A stretch of DNA of 64,000 nucleotides, taken from assembly GCA_965248445.1 (NCBI GenBank), contig CBDFJG010000002.1:192001-256000 (forward strand), written 5' to 3'. The position numbers were made by a program, and so were the translations under genes. The first letter of the stretch is position 1. Each line of letters begins with the position of its first letter. The notes below the pieces were generated by a model. That model was not told where the DNA came from. It saw nothing but the letters and a program-made list of their open reading frames with translations, and searched no databases. The stretch is from Planctomycetota bacterium (lineage in GTDB: Bacteria; Planctomycetota; JAJSAM01; JAJVHW01). This document shows, piece by piece, positions 1-8,644 of the stretch.

Positions 1-316
1 CGCCGACGTCCGTGGACCCGAACCCGAACTCGAGTTTCTGCACCCTGGTGACCGGCACCTTGATCGCTTTGTCGATACCGAGCGGAAGCTTCCAGTGGAG
101 TCCCGGCTCGGTCGTCTCCACGTACCTGCCGAAGCGAAGCACGACGGCCTTCTCCTCGGGCTCGACCGTGTAGAAGCTCGAGAAGACGACGATCAGCGCC
201 AGCAGGGCACCGGCGCCCCACTTCAGGATTCGCGCGATGACGGCCGGATCGATGTCGATCCGCTGCGCGGCTCCCCCCGCCCGCCATCGTCCGTCCGGTC
301 CCCGTTGTCCTTCCAT
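1..316 (-). CDS. hflK: FtsH protease modulator HflK (SPFH family), 5' part only; runs off window
   Basis: Not in ORF track. Manual translation from ATG 316 (GAGGAG RBS): MEGQRGPDGRW...GALLALIVVFSSFYTVEPEEKAVVLRFGRYVETTEPGLHWKLPLGID...VQKLEFGF; single TM followed by SPFH start. Confidence 0.8.
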   Translation of the reverse strand, partial: MEGQRGPDGRWRAGGAAQRIDIDPAVIARILKWGAGALLALIVVFSSFYTVEPEEKAVVLRFGRYVETTEPGLHWKLPLGIDKAIKVPVTRVQKLEFGFGSTDVG

Positions 317-373
317 CTCCTCAGCCTACGCGCATCACCGGCCATCGGTACGCAAACACTGCGGTCGGGGACG

Positions 374-1864
374 TCACCGCTCCCGGCGGAGTACGATCAG
401 CGGGTAGAGCTGGGCCGTCGTCGGCACGCTCGGACCCCATTGCGGGTCTCCGAGGTACGGGAGCCACGGCGCCCGCAGGCGCTCGGTGCTGGGCGCCAGG
501 CGGTCCACCTCGCGCCACCGCCCGCCTGCAGCCTCGGCGAAGCGCTCCGCGAGACCGGGCTCTGCAACGATGACGTCGATCCTGGCGTAGTCTTCGGCGG
601 TCAGGTACCCCGCCGCGCCCGGCGACGTCACACTGCGGGCATGGAGGCGCGCACCGTAGTAGGCCTGGTAGCCGATGAGCGCGTCATCGTCCGGGCTCAC
701 GTTCTGCTCGACGAAGCTCGCGGCACGGAGCGGGTCACGGGCGTCCCACTGCAGGACCGTGACCGCCGTGCGCGCCGGAAGACCGACCAGCAGCGCCAGC
801 ACGACCCCGGTGGCGAGAGTGCGCGCCTTCCAGCGAGCGACCGGGACAGCGAGCGTCCCGTCCAGGACCGCGAGCGCGGCGAGCGCTACCGGAAGGAACG
901 CCGTCCATGTGTAGTAGGACCGATAGCGGCCGAGGAGCATGAAGACGACGGGGATCGCGACGAACGCGACGATGCCCGTCACCAGCGCGCGCACGACGTC
1001 CCCCCGCCGCTCGCGCGGAATCAGGAACGCGCACGCCGCCAGGACGACGAGCAAGATCGACGTCGACCAGTCCGTCAGCAGGACGCCGGGCAGCGCGGCG
1101 GCCGTCGTGGCGATCCGATCCGGCACGGACGCGGGCAGTGCGTGCGGTCCCGAGAAGGACGCCACCATCTCCGAGTACGTCCCCAGCGCAGCATGCACGC
1201 CCCCGAACGCGACGGCGCTCGCGAGCGTGCCCGCGAACACGGCCGCCGCGCGCGATACGCCCGCGCGTCCGGCGGCCAGCACGATGAGCAGCGCGACCAG
1301 GACGCCGTACGCCGGCACGTAGGGTCCCGCGAACGCGCCGAGGAGCGAGAGACCGAACAGCCACGCAACCGCCCGACGGCGCGACGGGTCGTGGAACGCC
1401 CACCACCCGGTACAGACCAGCAGGATGGCGACCGAGTCGTAGCGTCCGCTCCGGTACGTGCGCGCCATCCCGTACCCGCACAACACGAGTGCCGGAACCG
1501 CCGCGCGCAGTCCCGCCCCGCGCAGCCGCCCCCAGCGCACGGCGCCCCGCCAGGCGAGCAACGCGGCGCACGCCGCGAGCAGGATGCCGAGACTCCGCGC
1601 TGCCAGCGGGCCAATGCCGAACACGCTCAGCCACGGCACGAGTGCCAGCGGGTAGAGCGTCGTGCGCGCGAACAACGCGCCATCGCGGAACGGCGAAACC
1701 GTGGACGTGAACCCGTTGCCGAGCACGGAGTTGATCGCGGCATCGGCGACCTGAACCTCGTCCTGCCACACCGTGGGTGACCGCGAACCCGTTACCAGGT
1801 TGACGCAGGTCAGGGTCGCGATCAGCGCCAGAACGACGATCAGTTCGCGCCGCGCGGAGATCAC
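374..1864 (-). CDS. Multi-pass GT-C fold glycosyltransferase (ArnT/PMT-like)
   Basis: 496 aa, many TM segments, WQDE acidic motif after first TM, RYD motif, soluble C-terminal tail. Confidence 0.6.
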   Translation of the reverse strand: MISARRELIVVLALIATLTCVNLVTGSRSPTVWQDEVQVADAAINSVLGNGFTSTVSPFRDGALFARTTLYPLALVPWLSVFGIGPLAARSLGILLAACAALLAWRGAVRWGRLRGAGLRAAVPALVLCGYGMARTYRSGRYDSVAILLVCTGWWAFHDPSRRRAVAWLFGLSLLGAFAGPYVPAYGVLVALLIVLAAGRAGVSRAAAVFAGTLASAVAFGGVHAALGTYSEMVASFSGPHALPASVPDRIATTAAALPGVLLTDWSTSILLVVLAACAFLIPRERRGDVVRALVTGIVAFVAIPVVFMLLGRYRSYYTWTAFLPVALAALAVLDGTLAVPVARWKARTLATGVVLALLVGLPARTAVTVLQWDARDPLRAASFVEQNVSPDDDALIGYQAYYGARLHARSVTSPGAAGYLTAEDYARIDVIVAEPGLAERFAEAAGGRWREVDRLAPSTERLRAPWLPYLGDPQWGPSVPTTAQLYPLIVLRRER

Positions 1865-1880
1865 GTGCGCGCCGCTGCGC

Positions 1881-2411
1881 TCAGTTGGCGCGCACGAGGT
1901 TCATCTTCCCGACGAATCCCCGGCTGCCGTCCTTCTGGCGGATAGTCCAGACCGTATCCACGCGATCGGGTCCGAGGAACCGGATGTCCGCCCAGTGCAT
2001 GTGCGGGTTGTCCGAGTCGTCCTCGCCGCCGACGGCAAACGCCTCGAACGTCACACGGTTCTCGTCCGTGATCGGGTCCGCGTACATCGTCGGCTGGTTT
2101 CCCATCGCGCAGTAGTGCGTGAGTCGCAGGTTGCGGTCGTCCAGCGTGTACACCGTGACCATCTCGTGGTCCATGCCCGCGAACTCCGTCTCGATGACGG
2201 CGCTGCCGGCGGCTGTGACCTCGTAGATCACCTCGGTCCCCGCTTCGGCGACGGCGCCCTCGACGTCCATCTGCACCCAGCGGCCCTCGAGGCTCTTCAG
2301 CTTCTCGAAGATGGCCTCGGCCTTGGCGGACTGCTCCGCCCGCCGCGACTGTCCGGGAGTGACGCACCCCGCGAGGGCTAGAACCAGCGCTGCACCGATC
2401 GGAAATCTCAT
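1881..2411 (-). CDS. Hypothetical lipoprotein
   Basis: Lipobox LAGC, GGAGG RBS upstream, beta-rich body with LTHYCAMGNQP. Confidence 0.65.
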   Translation of the reverse strand: MRFPIGAALVLALAGCVTPGQSRRAEQSAKAEAIFEKLKSLEGRWVQMDVEGAVAEAGTEVIYEVTAAGSAVIETEFAGMDHEMVTVYTLDDRNLRLTHYCAMGNQPTMYADPITDENRVTFEAFAVGGEDDSDNPHMHWADIRFLGPDRVDTVWTIRQKDGSRGFVGKMNLVRAN

Positions 2412-2517
2412 CGGTCTTCCTCCCGCCGCGTTTCGTTCGTCTGTTGTGTCCCGCTCGACTGGGGCGCGCGGGAGAGTAGCCGAGACGCGAACGCGACGTC
2501 ACGGGTAGCCTCTCGGC

Positions 2518-3480
2518 ATGGAATACCGCAGGCTCGGTAGATGGGGAATTCAGGTCAGCGCGCTCTCGCTCGGCGGCTGGACCACGTTCGGCAGCAGCGT
2601 CAAGGACCCGGGAGAGGTCCGCGCGCTCCTGACGACGGCCTACGAGGCGGGCGTGAACTTCTTCGACATCGCCGACGCGTACGCGCGGGGCGGCGCCGAG
2701 GAGATGATGGGCGCCGTGCTGCGCGACTTCCCGCGGCACACATTCGTCGTGTCGTCGAAGTGCTACTGGCCCATGAGCGACGCCGCAAACGACCGCGGGT
2801 TGTCGCGCAAGCACGTCATGGAGTCCGTCGAGAAGAGCCTTAGGCGGCTGGGCACGGACTACCTCGACCTGTTCTTCTGCCATCGCTTCGATTCCGAGAC
2901 GCCGCTGGACGAGACGGTGCGGGCCTTCGAGGACCTGATCCGCCAGGGCAAGCTCCTCCACTGGGGCACGAGCGAGTGGACGGGCGCCCAGATCAAGGCG
3001 GCGTGCGACATCGCGGCGGGCTGGAACGCATACGCGCCGATTGTCGAACAGCCGCAGTACAGCCTGCTCACGCGGGCCAAGGTCGAGGGAGACGTGCGGC
3101 CGGCGGCGGCGGAGCACGGTCTCGGCATCGTCGTCTGGAGTCCGCTCGCGTCCGGTCTGCTCACCGGCAAGTACGACGACGGCATCCCGGAGGGATCCCG
3201 TCTCTCGCGCATCCAGTTCCTCCGGGACCGGCTCGCACAGCGCGAACACCTCGATCGAGTCCGGCTGATGAAGGGCGTGGCGGACGACGTCGGCTGCTCA
3301 CGGACGCAACTCGCGCTGGCGTGGGCGGCCGCGCAACCCGGCATCTCGAGCGTCATCCTCGGCGCGACCTCGGTGGAGCAGCTCACAGAGAACCTCGGCG
3401 CGGAGAACGTGAAGATCACCGACGAGGTGGGCGCGCGGCTCGACGAGATCTTCCCGCCCGACCTCGCGCTCGCGGACTGA
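2518..3480 (+). CDS. Aldo/keto reductase (Kv-beta-like subfamily)
   Basis: MEYRRLG...FFDIADAY...SKCYW...DYLDLFFCH...WGTSEW...WSPLASGLLTGKY. Confidence 0.92.
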   Translation: MEYRRLGRWGIQVSALSLGGWTTFGSSVKDPGEVRALLTTAYEAGVNFFDIADAYARGGAEEMMGAVLRDFPRHTFVVSSKCYWPMSDAANDRGLSRKHVMESVEKSLRRLGTDYLDLFFCHRFDSETPLDETVRAFEDLIRQGKLLHWGTSEWTGAQIKAACDIAAGWNAYAPIVEQPQYSLLTRAKVEGDVRPAAAEHGLGIVVWSPLASGLLTGKYDDGIPEGSRLSRIQFLRDRLAQREHLDRVRLMKGVADDVGCSRTQLALAWAAAQPGISSVILGATSVEQLTENLGAENVKITDEVGARLDEIFPPDLALAD

Positions 3481-3569
3481 CCGCCCGGCACCCCCACTCT
3501 CGGGGCTGACTCGCGGCGCCGCGACGCGCCCATGTGTGTCGCGTGTGACCGACGGCCCCATTCGCTAGC

Positions 3570-5195
3570 ATGCGGCGTGCGCGGCGGCGAGACACCGCGC
3601 CGGGGGGCGCGGTGCGCGAGCTGGTCCAGGCGCTCAAGGACTTCGCGACCGGGGAGCTGGCCACGCTACTCCTCGCGGTGGGCATCCTGATCGCCGGTTG
3701 GATCGTCGGTGACATCCTGGCGCGCGCGGTTCGCGCGATTCTCGCGCGAACGTTGTTCTCTGGCTCATCCGCTGACGCGGATGACGCGGTTGGAGATGGA
3801 CGGTCTGGCGCGGGTGACGCGGTTGGAGACGAGCGTTCTCGCTCATCTGACCGCATTGATGAACCGGGGTTGCTCCGCAAGCTGACCGGGCGTCTTCCGC
3901 TGGCCTCGGTCGCTGCCGAGGTCGTGCGCTGGACGGTGGTCGTGTATGCGGCGCTTCTGTTCGCCGACACGCTCGGGCTCGAAAACGCCGCCGGTCCGGT
4001 CTCTGCGCTGATGACCGGAGCGCTCGAGAGTCTGCCGCGCATCGCCAGCGGGCTGTTCGTGCTCGCGCTCGGGTTCGGGATCGCGACGATCGTGGGCCGC
4101 TACGTGCCGAAGTTCATCAACGCGTCCAAGCTCGCGAAGCGGCTGGACCAGGCGGGTGAGGAAGGCGACGGCGACACGTTCGGCGAGTCGCTCGGCACCA
4201 CACTGCATGCCCTCATCGTGCTGTTCGCGCTGCTGATCGCGCTGGATCTGATGCGCCTCGAAGGCGTCGTCGAGCCCTTGACCGGCCCCGCGACGGCGTT
4301 CCTGGCCTTCCTACCGCGACTGGTCGTGGTGGCGGCGATCCTGGGTGGCGGCTACGTCCTCGCGCGGGTGGTGCGCGCTGCGGTCACGGCAGTGCTCGCA
4401 TCGCTCGGCATCGACGAGATCGGGCGCAAGGCCGGGCTCGAACGGGCTGGGATCTCGCGCATCTCCGGGCTCTGTGGCGCGATCGCGTTCGTCTTCGTGC
4501 TGCTGCCGGTGGTCGCCGCGGCGCTCGACGCGATCGGGATAGAGGGTGTCGCCGGGACAACGGGTTCGCTCATCGGCACCTTCCTCGGCGGACTGCCGAC
4601 TCTGCTCTACGCGGCTCTGGTCGTCTTCGTCGGCGTGGTGTTCGGCCGGCTGCTCGGGGGGTTTGCCGTGGACCTCCTGGCCCGCATCGGCTTCGACGGC
4701 ATCCTCGCAAAGCTGGGCATGGACGAAGCCGACCACGAACTGCCCGAGGCGCGGCGGCCGTCCCGCGTGGCCGGGACGCTGGTGCGTATCGCAGTGATCG
4801 TCTTCGCCGCGGCCGAGGCGTGTGACCTGCTCGGGTTTGGCCAGGTGGGAGACGCGCTGCTCGGCACCTGCGCCCTCGCCGGAGACTGGATACTCGGAAT
4901 CGTGATCTTCGGGTTCGGCCTGTGGCTGGCCGGGCTCCTGGCGGACCTGGTCCGGCGCCAAGGCACGCCCTCGAGCGGTGTCCTGGCGGCGGCGACCCGG
5001 GTGTCGATCGGGCTCCTGGCCGCCATCGTGGCGTTGGAGGAGATGGGCCTGGCCCGCTGGACGGTGGCCAACGGATTCCTGTCCGCCCTGGCCGGGATCG
5101 CGCTCGGCGTCGGGCTGGCGTTCGGGCTGGGGGGCGGGCGACATGCCCGCGACCTCGTGAACAGTTGGCGAAGGGAGATCGATTCAGGACACTGA
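3570..5195 (+). CDS. TM_helix-repeat (CmpX/MscS-associated) membrane protein, copy 1; start uncertain
   Basis: Repeated 'FLPRLVV/LPRIASG...G.D' helical units, C-terminal GLAFGLGG; colinear with 5508..7001. Confidence 0.75.
   Translation: MRRARRRDTAPGGAVRELVQALKDFATGELATLLLAVGILIAGWIVGDILARAVRAILARTLFSGSSADADDAVGDGRSGAGDAVGDERSRSSDRIDEPGLLRKLTGRLPLASVAAEVVRWTVVVYAALLFADTLGLENAAGPVSALMTGALESLPRIASGLFVLALGFGIATIVGRYVPKFINASKLAKRLDQAGEEGDGDTFGESLGTTLHALIVLFALLIALDLMRLEGVVEPLTGPATAFLAFLPRLVVVAAILGGGYVLARVVRAAVTAVLASLGIDEIGRKAGLERAGISRISGLCGAIAFVFVLLPVVAAALDAIGIEGVAGTTGSLIGTFLGGLPTLLYAALVVFVGVVFGRLLGGFAVDLLARIGFDGILAKLGMDEADHELPEARRPSRVAGTLVRIAVIVFAAAEACDLLGFGQVGDALLGTCALAGDWILGIVIFGFGLWLAGLLADLVRRQGTPSSGVLAAATRVSIGLLAAIVALEEMGLARWTVANGFLSALAGIALGVGLAFGLGGGRHARDLVNSWRREIDSGH
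3757..3789 (+). repeat. 33-bp repeat TCTCTGGCTCATCCGCTGACGCGGATGACGCGG, copy inside CDS
   Basis: Identical to 5197..5229. Confidence 0.9.
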
Positions 5196-5196
5196 G

Positions 5197-5292
5197 TCTC
5201 TGGCTCATCCGCTGACGCGGATGACGCGGCTCTCTTCGTGAGCGAAGACCGGATCTGGCTCATCTGCTGACGCGGGTGACGCGATGACGCGG
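5197..5292 (+). repeat. Two intergenic copies of the TGACGCGG-rich repeat (exact 5197..5229, degenerate 5254..5292)
   Basis: Direct sequence comparison with 3757..3789. Confidence 0.85.
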
Positions 5293-5507
5293 GTCCTCCG
5301 CGAACGGAAGGGGCGCTCGCACTCGGCCGTACGGGTCGCCAGATCCGGGCGCTCCAGCCGGCAGGGGGAAACCGGCGGGAGCGGTGGCAGGGCCGCATGC
5401 GAGACTGAAGTGGTGCCGGGCGCGGAGACACGCCGCGTACCGTGACAGTTGGCGGGCATAGCGGCGTGGGCGACCCCAGGGTCGAACCGTGCTCACTGGA
5501 GGAAGAC

Positions 5508-7001
5508 ATGCAGGAACTCTGGGACAAGATCGTGGAACACGTTCCGACGATCCTCGCGGCCATCGGCATCTTCGTTGCCGCATGGATCGTGGCGGTCATC
5601 GTCAGCGCGCTCATCAAGGCCGTGCTCAAGCGCACTTCGCTCGACGAGAAGGTGTCCGGCTTCCTGGCCGGCGGCGGCAAGGCGCCCGCGATCGACAACT
5701 GGATCGCCGGGATCGCCAAGTGGCTGATCCTGCTGTGGGGCCTGATGATGGCTCTCGAACGGCTGAACCTCGGTCAGGCCGTGAAGCCGCTCGGCGACAT
5801 GCTCACCAAGATCACGTCGTACCTGCCGCAACTCGGCGCGGCGGCCGCACTCGCCGTGCTCGCGTGGATCATCGCGACAGGAGTCCGGCTCCTGATCGAG
5901 AAGCTCCTCGGCGGCCTCGGCCTCGACGATCGCCTGAACAAGGCGACCGGCGAGGACATGAAGGACGTCAACGTCACGAAGAGCATCGCGACGGCCGCCT
6001 ACTGGGTCGTCTGGCTGCTGTTCCTGCTGATCATTCTCGACACGCTGAAGCTGCAGGGGCTGCTCACGCCACTGCAGGAGATGGCGGACAAGGTCTTCGC
6101 GTTCCTCCCGAACCTGTTCAGTGCCATCGTGATCTTCACCGTCGGCTGGTTCGCCGCGAACATCGTGCGCCGCATCGTCAGCTCCGTGCTGAACGCAGTC
6201 GGCCTCGATCGCCTAGCGGAGAAGACCGGCGTCAGCAAGAACGTCGGAAAGGGCTCTCTCTCGGGCCTGTGCGGAACGATCGCGTTCCTGCTCATCCTGC
6301 TGCCGGTGATCTCCGGCGCTCTCGAGGCGCTGAAGCTCAAGTCCGTCAGCGAGCCCGTGCAGGGAATGCTGAGCAAGTTCTTCGACGCGATCCCGAACCT
6401 GCTCTACGCCGCGATCATCCTCGGCGTCGCGTGGATCGTCGGCCGCCTGGTAGCGGGCCTGGCCACGGACCTGCTGGCTCGCATCGGCTTCGACAACATC
6501 CTCGGGAAGCTCGGACTCTCGCGCGCCGATCCGTCGTCGCTCGAAGAGAGCCGCCGCCCGTCGTCGGTCGCCGGCAAGCTCGTGCTGATCTTCGCCATGC
6601 TGTTCGCCGCGATGGAGTCGCTGAACCAGCTCGGGATGGGCAACATCTCCGATCTCGTCAACGGCTTCCTCGAGCGCGCGGGCGGCTGGGTGCTCGGTCT
6701 GATCATCTTCGGCATCGGCCTCTGGCTCGCCAACCTGATCGCCGGGATCATCAAGGACCGCGGCACACCGAACTCGAACCTGCTCGCGCTGATCGCGCGG
6801 ATCGCCATCACCGTGCTGGCCGGCATCGCCGCGCTGCAGGAGATGGAGGTCGCCGAGGACACCGTGCAGTCGGCCGTGACCGTGGCGATCGCCGCCATCG
6901 GCCTGGCCGTCGGACTGGCCTTCGGCTTCGGCTGCAAGGAGCAGGCCTCCGAGCAGCTCGACCGCTGGCGCAAGGCCCTCGACGACAAGCGCAACAGCTA
7001 G
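5508..7001 (+). CDS. TM_helix-repeat (CmpX/MscS-associated) membrane protein, copy 2
   Basis: ATG 5508 after GGAGG; units YLPQLGAA, FLPNLFSA, AIPNLLYA; C-terminal GLAFGFG. Confidence 0.8.
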   Translation: MQELWDKIVEHVPTILAAIGIFVAAWIVAVIVSALIKAVLKRTSLDEKVSGFLAGGGKAPAIDNWIAGIAKWLILLWGLMMALERLNLGQAVKPLGDMLTKITSYLPQLGAAAALAVLAWIIATGVRLLIEKLLGGLGLDDRLNKATGEDMKDVNVTKSIATAAYWVVWLLFLLIILDTLKLQGLLTPLQEMADKVFAFLPNLFSAIVIFTVGWFAANIVRRIVSSVLNAVGLDRLAEKTGVSKNVGKGSLSGLCGTIAFLLILLPVISGALEALKLKSVSEPVQGMLSKFFDAIPNLLYAAIILGVAWIVGRLVAGLATDLLARIGFDNILGKLGLSRADPSSLEESRRPSSVAGKLVLIFAMLFAAMESLNQLGMGNISDLVNGFLERAGGWVLGLIIFGIGLWLANLIAGIIKDRGTPNSNLLALIARIAITVLAGIAALQEMEVAEDTVQSAVTVAIAAIGLAVGLAFGFGCKEQASEQLDRWRKALDDKRNS

Positions 7002-7022
7002 TCTCGATCAACAGACACACAC

Positions 7023-7051
7023 AGGCCGCGCCGGCACCGCCGGCGCGGCCT
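7023..7051 (+). terminator. GC-rich hairpin downstream of TM_helix gene 2
   Basis: AGGCCGCGCCGG...CCGGCGCGGCCT inverted repeat; no U-tract. Confidence 0.55.
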
Positions 7052-7186
7052 CGTGATTCCGGCGGCTCCAATTCACGCGATGGGGGAGTTCCCGGGCGTG
7101 CAGTAGGCTATGCGGGTCGGCAACGGCCGGCGCGAGCAACGCGGTTGGGGGCTCGCGCGATCCCGTTCGTCGACGGGAGGCTTCCC

Positions 7187-8626
7187 GTGCGCGTTCTCAC
7201 CCTGACCGCCGTTCTGTTCCTCGCCGCCCCCCTGCTCCCCTCGCGCGCCATGGCGGCTGAAGGCGTCCTGCCCATCCGCGCAGGCGACACCGTGAGCGGG
7301 ACGCTCGCCCAGTGCGGCGACCGTCATGTGCTCCGTGTGGATCTGGTGCGGGGCGAGGTGTTTCGCGCCAAGGTGCAGGCCGAGCGGGAGTTCGCCGCGG
7401 ACATCACGCTGCGCATCTACTCGCCGGACGGCACGCTCGTCAACAGCGAGGCGAGCGTGCGCGGCATTCGCGCTGGATCGAAGCTGGGACCATTCGTCGC
7501 GCGGCAAACGGGCACACATCACGTGCAGCTCTCCACGTTCACGCGCCACGGCCTCGAGTACACGCTCCGCACCAAGGCGCGCAAGCGGAAGACGGCGCGT
7601 GTACGGCTGCGCGGCAATCGCGGCCGCGCGTTCACGGCGACCGCGGGTTCGCACCTGCAACTGCGTGGCGGCGGCGCGTCCGGCGGCGTGCTGCTCACGC
7701 TTCCCGACGGAACGAACACCGAGATCGCCGCGGACTCCGCGTGCTTGACCGCGCTCACCGGTGACGGACTCACCGCACCGATGGGAGGCCGCTACTTCGT
7801 CGGGCTGCTGGACGGCGGCCGCGCGCGGCTGGTCTCCAGACCGCCCTCACGTACGGCGACCCGGCTGCTCGACTTCCCCGTGCTGCCCGGGGACACCACG
7901 CGTGTGTCGGCGTGGTACGAGGACGCGGGCTGGGTCGTCGACCCGCTGCGCCAAGCGCCCGCGGACCACGAACCGCCGTCCTCGACGCGGCCGACAGACC
8001 CGCCCGTCGATCCTCCGCCCGGTGTAGCCGTCAGCATCCTGACGACGCCGAACGCTCCCGCCACGCCGCAGGACGGCTTTGCGCTCGCCGACCCGCTGAT
8101 CACGGGTGGTCTCGCGGACGGCGTGGGAATGCCGATCTCGCCGGTCCCGACGATTGCCGAGACGCTCGAACACGGAACACTGGAGGAGTTCGGGGCGGGT
8201 CTGTCGTACGTCTTCGACAAGCCGCACCCCGCGCTCGGGACGCTCACTTATCGCGTCCACTTCCTCGTCGGCGGCACGGCGTCGCGCGCCCCGATCTCCC
8301 CCGTCGGCCCTGGCGCTTCGGGCGGCGCGATCACGATGCGCTGGACCGTCACCGGCGGCGCACCGACGCATGAAGGCCGCTGGACGATCACGTGGGACGG
8401 TCTCCGCCGAGTCGAGGTGCTCGACGGCAGCGAGACGCTCATCGACGCGTCGTCGCGGGTCGTGCAGAGCGCAGCCAACGCACTCACGGTCCCGGTCGAC
8501 GGCGGCCCGCCGAGCGGCGAGCTGATCTACCACGTCGACTGGTCGAACGGGCCGTTCCCGGGCGGCGCGTTCCGGCGCGTCGAAACGCACGACGGTCTCG
8601 GCGACCGCGAAGTCACGATCGACTAG
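7187..8626 (+). CDS. Secreted hypothetical protein with N-terminal PPC-like beta domain and Pro-rich linker
   Basis: GTG 7187 after GGGAGG, signal peptide VRVLTLTAVLFLAAPLLPSRAMA; real part of track ORF 5489..8626. Confidence 0.65.
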   Translation: MRVLTLTAVLFLAAPLLPSRAMAAEGVLPIRAGDTVSGTLAQCGDRHVLRVDLVRGEVFRAKVQAEREFAADITLRIYSPDGTLVNSEASVRGIRAGSKLGPFVARQTGTHHVQLSTFTRHGLEYTLRTKARKRKTARVRLRGNRGRAFTATAGSHLQLRGGGASGGVLLTLPDGTNTEIAADSACLTALTGDGLTAPMGGRYFVGLLDGGRARLVSRPPSRTATRLLDFPVLPGDTTRVSAWYEDAGWVVDPLRQAPADHEPPSSTRPTDPPVDPPPGVAVSILTTPNAPATPQDGFALADPLITGGLADGVGMPISPVPTIAETLEHGTLEEFGAGLSYVFDKPHPALGTLTYRVHFLVGGTASRAPISPVGPGASGGAITMRWTVTGGAPTHEGRWTITWDGLRRVEVLDGSETLIDASSRVVQSAANALTVPVDGGPPSGELIYHVDWSNGPFPGGAFRRVETHDGLGDREVTID

Positions 8627-8644
8627 CGCGCCGGGGCGCGAGCG

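Noticed and set aside
95..1780. 561-aa plus-strand ORF
   Set aside because: Arg/Ala-rich antisense shadow of hflK and the glycosyltransferase
3757..5292. Repeats as a CRISPR array
   Set aside because: Only three irregularly spaced copies, no spacer periodicity and no cas genes
5489..7186. First 566 codons of the 1045-aa ORF 5489..8626
   Set aside because: Off-frame shadow of the TM_helix gene; the real gene starts at GTG 7187 with RBS and signal peptide
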